Origin: Octopus bimaculoides
Lineage: Eukaryota
DNA length: 63,788 bases
Direction of reading: 5' to 3'
Assembly: GCF_001194135.2 (NCBI RefSeq)
Contig: NC_068995.1
Location: 17,095,525 to 17,159,312, forward strand
Part shown: one piece after another, positions 53,336 to 63,788 of the stretch
Numbering within the stretch: the first letter of the stretch is position 1
Layout: each line of letters starts with the position of its first letter
The notes under the pieces: generated by a model
The model's database searches: none
Seen by the model: the letters and a program-made list of their open reading frames with translations, nothing else
Told to the model about the DNA's origin: nothing
Program-made: the position numbers and the translations under genes

Positions 53336-53709
53336 GATGCTTAAGAACCTCTCTATAGCAATAGTGTACTATAGTCTGTTTGTAAAACTTTGAATAATTG
53401 AATTTGAAGTTTTAAAGCTTTCAAGCGGCTTTCTGTTTATGATTAAGAGTTCATCACTTGTCTAAATTACGGGCTTCGTCACGAGATTCATTATTTCTGA
53501 GAATCTTGCTATATTCTACTCTATTCAGAATGGCAATAACTATCGTACATCTGAGAAAGTGTACTCTTATTCATAGAGAAAACATTTGTGGAAGAGTCAA
53601 CTGTCTTTCTATATAATGCTACTTAGTATTTTATCGACCTAGGAGTTATGAAACCAAAAGTCAATCACTGAAAGGATTTGAATTCGGATCATCCTGGGTC
53701 ATCCTTTAG

Positions 53710-54250
53710 AAGTAAAATACAAAGAGAAAAATATAATATCACAGAGGTATGTTCGAAGAGGACAGCCTCTCTGTGGTGCTGTTCATATATTCTATTGACC
53801 CCTTCTTATTCATGTTAAGGAATTCTGAAGCGTATTTCACTGGTTCAAAAGAAAACGAAAATAGCAAAATTGCTCACTCGTTCTTTGGAGAAGACTTCAA
53901 CGTGTGTGTCAAGAATATGCATGAGATGAAAAATAGCCTTGACCTACAACATTCTCAAATAATATAATAATATAAGGTTGCAGTTTGGTCTGGTTAAATG
54001 TTGCTCACATGGTTGTCAAAAGAGGGAAAACTCTAAGCCAAACTAAGAGTATCGCCATCATTGACTAAACTGCTTCACCGTATATTTGATGAGGAATGTT
54101 ACAGGTACTTAGGAATATATAAACAATATATCCTGCGATGGTACCTGCAGCAAGTCATAGCTACTAAAAAATACTACAACAATAAGCTCTTGGTCAGCGG
54201 CAGATTGTTCGAGAAGTCAAACGCTACATACGACGTCACGTTTTAAGGTC
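53710..54250 (+). pseudogene. Highly decayed R4/Dong-like RT fragment
   Basis: FEEDSLSVVLFIYSIDPFLFML (QGDSLSPLLF..DP); IAHSFFGEDFNVCVKN (I.HL.FMDDLKL.AKN); AHMVVKRGK; ECYRYLGI. Confidence 0.7.
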
Positions 54251-54583
54251 GAGCTCCAAACCAGTCGCTGTCAAGTCCGATCGTATCAACAAAATCGTAA
54301 GACAGCAATACATAATTCGATTTTTGTCTTTTTGTTAAATATTGAATCTTCATTCACAACTCGTCCGTACGTGTACATCCTTCGATCATGATGTATTCTT
54401 GGAAGTGAATCACATCCTCAATCTCTATTTCACACCATTATATATNNNNNNNNNNNNNNNNNNNNNNNNNNNNNNNNNNNNNNNNNNNNNNNNNNNNNNN
54501 NNNNNNNNNNNNNNNNNNNNNNNNNNNNNNNNNNNNNNNNNNNNNNNNNNNNNNNNNNNNNNNNNNNNNNNNNNNNNNNNNNN

Positions 54584-54621
<38 letters not shown>

Positions 54622-55353
54622 TGGGATGGGAAATACAAATGGATGTAATGAGTTAAGTAAATGGAGATAACGTCAAAACTATTTAGGAAAAAAACAATTG
54701 AGTATCGAATATTGTGTATTTTCTACGCTCATATTTTTTTTGGTCTGTTTTCTATGGTTTATTTTGTTGAATTACAACAATGAAGCAAAATGGGTCTTTA
54801 ACGTCGAAGAATATGCAGGCAAACTGCCAAGATTAGGTGTGAAATCTATTAGAAACCTTTTATTGAATGCCAAACCCGGGTGGGAATATTCTAAAGAAGA
54901 ATAATAAGAAAACAAACAGAAAAAAAGTAAGAAAAGAGTAAGAAAACAGCTGAAGCAAATGTTACGATCAAGAGAAATATGTCTGACAAGACAAGTGACA
55001 TATGCCAAGTTAAATGAAAAATGTTAACTGCTAAGATAAAGGTTTCTGTATAACGTTACAAAAAGGAATCAAAGTTGAAGTCAAACAGGAATTATAAGTA
55101 CGTAACATATGAAGATTTTAGTGAAATATCAATATTTTAGCCATGTCTCAGACGTTTCGACCCTCTGCATCCTCACATATTGCAGCTGCACACTCACACA
55201 CTACAGCTGCACACGCATATATGCGTTGAAATATTATGCTTTGTACTCGATAAATGGTGCGGTATATACATCTATGTGTTTGTATACATACACGCACACA
55301 CTCACACGCAATACATACATAGCTTGATGTACTAGAGCTGTGCAGGAGGATCA

Positions 55354-55424
<71 letters not shown>

Positions 55425-55959
55425 TTCCAGTGAAATTTTAACTTTTCATTCAGCGAAATATAACAAGTATTCAGCACGCTATATGTATTCCTGTTTAACG
55501 TCTCATACAAACCGAGTGTTTGGCTATTTAGAAATAATACACGTAGAAAATAAAACAAAATATGAGAGATTGTTTATATGTTTCTTAGTTACACCATTTA
55601 CGGGTGGTTCCAGAACACAAGGTTATTATGTAAACAGCAGCAAGTCGTATTGTCAAATCGTCAGAGACGTGTAACTTTTAGACATACAATCATTTCACTG
55701 AAAGGATATTGATCAAATGAACCACTGTAGAGAAGCGAACAGCTGTATTGAATTATCTTAGAGGAGCACATTATCCTTTGTATAATATGGGAAATGCAAA
55801 CCATATTAGAAGGAAGGATTTATAAATTGATATATGACACTTTATTAACCCTTTATTCAATATCCAATAAATATAAATGACAAACACCAATATACCTTGT
55901 AATAAACATCGAACCACAGGAGATCCGAATGCCTACAGATAAAGTAAACAAGAGATCAG

Positions 55960-56280
55960 ACAAAGATGAACAATTGATATGTAACCAAATAAAACCTCTC
56001 AGTAATCAAACACAATCACAACTGAGTGCAAAATTTAGCAAATGGAGTAAATGCCCCTGTTGAGTACAGGAAAATACCCGAAATATAGTCTTATAAATAA
56101 CTCTGCATATCATTAGTGAAGAAATACCAATATAACTCATACACATATCACATTAAAAATACAAGCAATAGACCATAAAAATAGTTCTAATTCCAAAATC
56201 GCAATGTAATCTTAAACTATGTACAATAATAAAAGGATAAATTCTTTAAATGAAAAGTCTGGGATATAGGTAACCGTAAT
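55960..56280 (-). pseudogene. Possible Penelope linker/GIY-YIG relic
   Basis: ITVTYIPDFS..DFGIRTIF and PVLNRGIYSIC* in broken frames; weak similarity. Confidence 0.3.
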
Positions 56281-56367
56281 GAACGAGAAAGAAAAGAAAA
56301 GAAAACAGTGTGGCATAATGTTTCGCGTCATTACTAATATCCCTAAAGTTGCTTTGGTATTCTAAGT

Positions 56368-56599
56368 CAGTAGTTCTCAACCGGTGTTCATATGAATCTT
56401 GTGTGTCCGTATAAGATTTTTCTTAAAATTTATGGGAAATAAATTGGTTATACTCCTTCAATACAGCAAATATTTGAACACGTTTTTAATGCAGTTCCCA
56501 ATGATATCCAATTATAAAATTATCGTATGACTAGGATAGTTCACTTGAGTAAAATAGGAATGAAAGAGGTCCATAGGTAAAAATGGATGAGAACCACCG
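56368..56599. mobile_element. hAT (Charlie-type) MITE
   Basis: TIRs cagtagttctcaacc and ggatgagaaccaccg. The 8-bp flanks ttctaagt and ttcgaaag are a degenerate TSD. Confidence 0.7.
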
Positions 56600-57327
56600 T
56601 TCGAAAGAAAAACTAAACAAAATCACTGAAGACCTAGCCATTCATGCCGATCTAGTGGACTATGGTCGCCTCTGGAAGTATATTATGGACAAATTTTGCA
56701 TGTTTTTGTTATATTTTGCTTTTTTCATGTGATTTATTATTTTTAAGCAACGGATAATTTCTTTTCAAGCATTCCTATTATCAATAATATATTTCTCTTG
56801 ATAATCACGTCATTTTTTTCCACTTCATCAAGGACAACGTTATCAAATGCTCTCTAATTATTTGGAAAACAGTGAGATGTGATTTAATTAAGATTTATTT
56901 GAGCTGAAGTGCGACAAATATTTCACGGCTGTGAAATATACTTTACTTTATTCATACATTAAAAATTTCTTTCCACGTCTAACATAATAGTGTGTCATTT
57001 AAGTAATATTAAGATACCATTTCTTGCCAGTCAAGGAGCATCATGAAATGTCCTGGAATTGTCTTTTTTCTTTTATTACTGATAGGCGTTGTTGTATAAG
57101 CATCAACTCATTTTAACTTCTCTGAATTCAAACACATTAAAATTACTGCAAAAATCATTTAATCTCAAACATACAACCCGAATTACGTATTCGGAACCAT
57201 ACAATTCACTTAATCAGTTATATACTTCCCAAAAAAGTAAATCAATATTAACACGAAATGGATGTAAAGAACGCAAATCTCATACAATTATAGCAACAGC
57301 AACAACAACAATAACGGTAATAATAAC

Positions 57328-57372
<45 letters not shown>

Positions 57373-57742
57373 CAGTAATAATAACAATGATGATAATTCA
57401 TGGTTACATCCTTTTGGGCTGTAGAAAAGTTATTAAATCTAAATCTTAATGATATTAACATGCTTTAAATTCTAGAATATTTAAATGAGTCTTTACATAA
57501 ATTTCGAAGTTATTAACCTGCGCGACCTCACTTTAAATTTATTTACACAGATTTAATTCGATATGTATAGTAAATATTCGTTCATCGGCATTCTTATCGT
57601 TACCTGATCTCTTATATACGCATGCATCTACAAAGATATACTTATACAGTTACATAGCTGTTTTGTATATTCATATATATGTCTGTATATGTACGTATGT
57701 ATGCATAAATATATACATATACACACACACACTTACACATAC

Positions 57743-57791
<49 letters not shown>

Positions 57792-58408
57792 CATACGTAC
57801 GTACATACATACTAACATATATATATGATTATGCATATAAACTTTAAGTGTAAGATAAACATGAAATTTTGGTAGTGATACTGCTTCTGGCGTTCTTAAT
57901 GTTCTTATAACCTCACTGTCCTTTTGCGACATTAGTGCCTGAATAGATACTGAGATTGTATACGTATCGCGGACGGTGGAATCGGCTGGTATGTCTAGCC
58001 GGAGATGTTAGTGATTGTCAATATCTAGAAAGGCAGAAAACACGTGATCTAGCAGTCTCGGCGGCCATAGTGAACGATTACATATATGTATATAATTTAT
58101 ACATAAGTGTGTCTTTCAGCTTCTAAGACGACGTAGCGATTTGTTTTACGTGAAATTCGGATACCTTTTGTTGCTAGTAAAGAAATATCATGGAATACTT
58201 CTGAATGGTTTATAGTCGTTTTTTATGCATAGGAGTGGTAGTATCAGTATCAATTCATTTAAGGACTCTGAATTGGACCACGTCAAATTTATATAATGTG
58301 CATGAGCGTGAGTGCGTGTGAGTGTGTGTGTGTATATACAGACAAAAGCATAAACATGTATATATAATATATATATATACATGGGAGGTATATATATTCA
58401 CAGAATTG

Positions 58409-58448
<40 letters not shown>

Positions 58449-58928
58449 NNNNNNNNNNNNNNNNNNNNNNNNNNNNNNNNNNNNNNNNNNNNNNNNNNNN
58501 NNNNNNNNNNNNNNNNNNNNNNNNNNNNNNNNNNNNNNNNNNNNNNNNNNNNNNNNNNNNNNNNNNNNNNNNNNNNNNNNNNNNNNNNNNNNNNNNNNNN
58601 NNNNNNNNNNNNNNNNNNNNNNNNNNNNNNNNNNNNNNNNNNNNNNNNNNNNNNNNNNNNNNNNNNNNNNNNNNNNNNNNNNNNNNNNNNNNNNNNNNNN
58701 NNNNNNNNNNNNNNNNNNNNNNNNNNNNNNNNNNNNNNNNNNNNNNNNNNNNNNNNNNNNNNNNNNNNNNNNNNNNNNNNNNNNNNNNNNNNNNNNNNNN
58801 NNNNNNNNNNNNNNNNNNNNNNNNNNNNNNNNNNNNNNNNNNNNNNNNNNNNNNNNNNNNNNNNNNNNNNNNNNNNNNNNNNNNNNNNNNNNNNNNNNNN
58901 NNNNNNNNNNNNNNNNNNNNNNNNTATA

Positions 58929-59095
58929 TAGGCGCAGGAGTGGGTGTGTGGTAAGTAGCTTGCTTACCAACCACATGGTTCGGGTTCAGTCCGACTGCGT
59001 TGCACCTTTGGCAAGTGTATTCTACTATAGCCTCGGGCCGACCAAAGGTCTGTGAGTGGATTTGGTAGACGGAAACTGAAAGAAGCCCGGCGTAT
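58929..59095 (+). mobile_element. SINE family A, 5' half
   Basis: taggcgcaggagtgggtgtgtggtaagtagcttgcttaccaaccacatggttcgggttcagtcc...gaaactgaaagaagcccgg. Confidence 0.88.
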
Positions 59096-59952
59096 ATATG
59101 TATATATATATATATATATGTCTCACCATGTATAAACGCACATATATTTGATGCATGGTAAATTTATTGAAAATGAAATGCATATGAATATACCTAAGAA
59201 TCAGAATTGAACGTTTAAAGGAGTATACATATCCGCTGTTTCTCAATGTAACGCTTTACCTACCGCTGTACATTTATACTCTCGTCTCCTAATCTCCCTC
59301 CATCTTTCTTCCCATTCTTCTTCCCGTTCCTTCTCCTGTTTCTACCAGTTCTTCCAGTTAGAAAAAAACAGGAACCCTTATATAGTTGTATACATGCATT
59401 TTTAGAGAATTTAATATGAGAGAAATATGCATTTGTATAGAGTTTAATATGAGAGAAATATGCGTGATTCATGTTAAGAAATGGCTAGAAAATGAACCCA
59501 AAAATATAAAGCAAAGAAAAATTGGGTGATATTAAAAAAACGGAAATTAGTTGTCGTAAAACTGTCAAAGAAAACTTACAACAGTACTAAAGGTTTGCGT
59601 GTGATTCTATAAGATAAACATTTCGTTATATCTCATGTCTGAAATAAATCAGTAGGAGCATGGGAAAAAGAAGACAAAACTAAGCAAAAGAAATAATGTA
59701 AAGATGGGGCAGTAAAAAGGCGAAAAATAAATAAAAAAAGGAAAAAGAAATCATTATAATAAAGGAAGAAAAAAACGTAAGTAGTTAGAATAGCTATAAC
59801 TAAATACATTAACGAAGATATAGGCTGGAGGAATCAATGGTTATGATACAAATTAAAATAAATTTATCATATATACAGACATGCATACATATATATGTAT
59901 ATATACATACATGCATACATATACATACATACATACATATATACATATACCT

Positions 59953-60006
<54 letters not shown>

Positions 60007-61002
60007 ACGTGTGTGTATATATACATCGGTGTATGTGTGAGTTAAGCTTGTGTATGTATAGGCACTTGGAAAGTTGTGTGAAGAGACGGCAAACTATTTG
60101 CTGGTATCCATAGATTAAGATGGAACGGAACTGGAGACAGAGGGAAAGGGAGGGAGACCGTTTCTTATAAAGGCTATTAACGAAAATATCCCGCCAAAAA
60201 AAAAAAAAGAAAAATACAAAACAAAAATTGAGATTTATATTCTGTGGCAGAAGAGAAAAAAATATGCGTTGCTTGGTTTATCTATATTCTTGGAAGTAAT
60301 GATTCTCTGACGCATTAGGTACATTTGGAATACAAACTATTAATTAACTTGAAGAATAACTGTAAAGATAATTGTTAATTTTGTTCTCGTTGGTTTTGGT
60401 TTTCTTCTTTCGCTACTGCCTGTGTTTTTGTGTGCTATAAGGAGATTTGTAAATAATTTTCTTGTGGTATTTATTTACACATCTTTATGTTCAGGTGATC
60501 TGAGTTCAAATTCAGTTCGTATTAACTTTCATTTCTCTATTTTCCGGGTTTCATAAAAATAAATAACAGTAAATTACTGGGTCGATGGCTCGAACTACAT
60601 CCCTCCTGCATAAAAGTACATCCATTATTTCTATGTTGGAAATGTTTTATATTGTTTTTTCAGCACCTCGTTTTCTTGTATGTGTGTGCTCCAATGTGTT
60701 TTACTGCTGGCATGGAGCCTAGACTCCTTGCTTTACGGAGAGGGTGATGGAGAAAAAATGGGTGCAAGAATGACCGATAAACACATCATTATTATATATA
60801 ATGTACGTAAATTCCGGAATACATGTATGCACGTTCACAAAGACACGTCTTAGAGAAGATAAAGGGAATGAAAGAGAAAGAGAAAGAGGAAGAGATAACT
60901 GTGATAACAGAACGAACACTGCGTTAGCTGACAGTATATTGGAATCAATGAAACCAGCCACTATTTTTTCAGAAGCGTACGTTTGATCTATCTATCTGTC
61001 TG

Positions 61003-61073
<71 letters not shown>

Positions 61074-61097
61074 ATCTATCTATACACATAACGAGAG

Positions 61098-61140
<43 letters not shown>

Positions 61141-61254
61141 AAACTGACAATTTCCCGTAGATATTGCTTTAGAGTTTGAGAAGCGGGTGTTGAGGGATAT
61201 TCGGGCAAAATATCTCGCAGAATGTTTTCCTCTTCTTACCCTCAAGTTCACACA

Positions 61255-61385
61255 CTGCTGAGGTCGACGTTGCTCTTCATCATCTCGTGGACGATAATAC
61301 AGGTACAATTCAAGCACAGGGGTGGATGTAATCAACTTTGTCAACCCACTTAAATTACTGATACTGTGCTAAATTTTGAAACAAC
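61255..61385 (+). mobile_element. SINE family B, 3' fragment
   Basis: gctgaggtcgacgttgctcttcatc...ggggtggatgtaatcaact...aaattttgaaac. Confidence 0.55.
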
Positions 61386-61927
61386 AGTTAGAGTTAGACA
61401 ATAACTGCGTAAGACCAATGCACAATTCTGTGTTCAGTAAAACAAACATTTATACTGTTTCTGCGTATATTTGAACTAATAGATTACATTACTAATATTT
61501 GCGCAACAAATATCCACAGTGTTTGATGGATATCCCCGTCAATTTTGACGAAAGAATTTTTCAGTTGTTTAATCAACAGAACTACTCGCAAATTATTTAT
61601 TACAGTATAAATCCTGAGAATTGTGAAGATGCATGAAACCTAAGAATAATTCTTTTATTCATGCAGAATCAGTGATCAAGGCTGGGCCATGGTGTTATGT
61701 GTGTAGTAACCTCAATGGTTCTTAAATCATTTTCCTTGGATGTGCTACCACACTTCCACAAATTGCCGCACAATACATCGTACTGATATAATTGTGAGTC
61801 ACGGTAATGATTATAGCTCTATTCTGGATCGTGTTTAATAAAGCAGCCTGAAGAGCCATGAATGTGTTGTTTTCAGCCCCAGTTAACCTCAGATCATACA
61901 AATAAGTATACACACGCACATACAAAT

Positions 61928-61963
<36 letters not shown>

Positions 61964-62415
61964 CAACTCATACACAAACAAGCGGGTACATACACACACA
62001 CACACACTCAAAGAGGCACTAATAAACACACATACACGCACTCACACGCACTAACACATTCTCACATACGCCAACTCACAGAGAGACACACTTGAGAGCA
62101 GAGAAGATATAAAGATGTGATCGCAGAAAACCGAAACGAAATATTCTGCTCGGCAACTGTTGGACCTGTACCGGTGCCGGACGACGATGAGAAGGTGATT
62201 TAGTGAAACGATTTGGGTGAAGATGGAAAAGAATAAAGCAATCAAGAAACAATTAGAGGCGTATTTCAACCAGAGATATTTTACAACATCCGATAGTGTA
62301 ATCGAGGCAGTGATATATCTGTCTATCTATCTATCTATCTATCTATACATACACACACACACATATATGTATATGTCTCTCTCTCTCTCTCTCTGTGTGT
62401 CTCTCTCTCTCTGTG

Positions 62416-62460
<45 letters not shown>

Positions 62461-63349
62461 GGTAGTTTACGTCCGCTGTCATGAGATATCAGTTAACTCA
62501 AGTCTATGGTAGAATACAGATATACTAGATTTCCGCGTAATGGAATCGAACCCAGGACCACTAGGTTACAAAGCGAATTCCGTATTCAAGCACCTCACGC
62601 TGCGCCAATATATTCAGAGATTTGCTGTAACAGTATTTTGTTCATCACTTGAAATTATACACTATGTTTACCAATCATTTCCCCAACTCCAACACCGCTT
62701 CCATCCATACCCCTCTGTCTTCTGTTAGGTTGAAAATTATCTCACAAGAATTTCTTCTTATTCAAATGTCGTCGTTACGGAATTAAAATGGAAGACCATC
62801 TTTCCATTCCGTCTGCCTCAGGCAGCAGAAGTTTTGATTGCTTCAGAGAACGAAAGTACTTTGTATTTGATGTCAGCTGTGTTTGGATTTGATTACCGCA
62901 ACACGTCACCCATGGACACTGGGGTCTTCTGTATTCGTGTTTGTAGCCCTTCGAACTTGTAGCAATCCTTCAACTGTCGTTCGGTCTATGTGAACGTGTA
63001 TTTGTTGCTGCTTTATTTTTCGTTTTCTTTATTTCTTTTCTGCCTAATTTTCATTCATGCATTCTCCCTCTCTCTTTCCTTTACTGTTTTTTTATTCTTC
63101 TTGTTTTTTTTTTTCCATTTTGTTCTGTTGTGAACTGAATGCAACGGCGTCAAGCAGTTGAAGGCAAGTGTACACATTCTGTCAGACGGAATTTTGATAC
63201 GACAGAAAACGAACTAGTTTGTCGTCAAATAACGATCACAGCTCGTATATAATTCTTCTTAGGTTTAAAGTATCAATTTCCAAGGCAAGTAATGGTAAAC
63301 ACAAAATGTAAGAAGTAATGTTGAAAAGCGAGTAAAACGNNNNNNNNNN

Positions 63350-63432
<83 letters not shown>

Positions 63433-63788
63433 TACATATAACATATGAGTATATTCACGTTCCTGCAATAAGCTACGTAACTATCTCATACAATTATAAA
63501 TATACACATGCACAGACACACACACGCATGTTTATGCTTTGCGTATACATATAAATATATTCATATAGAAGCATATATAGCAAAAAATGTGCAATTACTT
63601 TCTGTGTGCATACATTAATGCAATGAAAAATCTTAACAAAGGAAGGAGAAAGTAACATTTAGAGGTGAAGGAGAGAACGAGAAGGAGAGAGAGAGGGAGA
63701 GAGAGGGGGGGGCAAGAGAAACAGGTAGACAGATGCAGAACAAAGCAGAAACTCAGAGATAGACTGATAGATAGATAGGTAGAGAGGG

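Overview
This is a repeat-dense, AT-rich eukaryotic scaffold segment. It has about 17 N-gaps, mostly flanked by (TA)n or (CT)n microsatellites, which points to short-read scaffolding. The recurring tRNA-derived SINE families and the dense microsatellites resemble an octopus genome (recognised from memory, not from a database search). I found no supportable host protein-coding gene, rRNA, tRNA gene or CRISPR array; nearly all ORFs in the track come from microsatellites or N-runs. What can be supported is decayed transposable elements: a long R4/Dong-type non-LTR retrotransposon (~18.7-21.2 kb) and a second RT relic (~53.7-54.2 kb), a SPIN/Charlie-type hAT (~31.3-33.6 kb), a mariner with TIRs, a probable DD37D Tc1/mariner C-terminus, a probable Merlin relic, Penelope GIY-YIG relics, several MITEs and many SINEs. 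The most notable signal is type-I hammerhead ribozyme (HHR) folds in three unrelated repeat families. (1) A ~225-bp-arm inverted repeat at 115-640 has an HHR in each arm. (2) A tRNA-headed SINE-like element carries a canonical-core minimal HHR (33257-33302) and sits as a head-to-head pair inside the hAT with a 16-bp duplication. (3) A three-copy family has HHR architecture with a shared non-canonical U at core position 6. All folds were made by eye and catalytic activity is untested.
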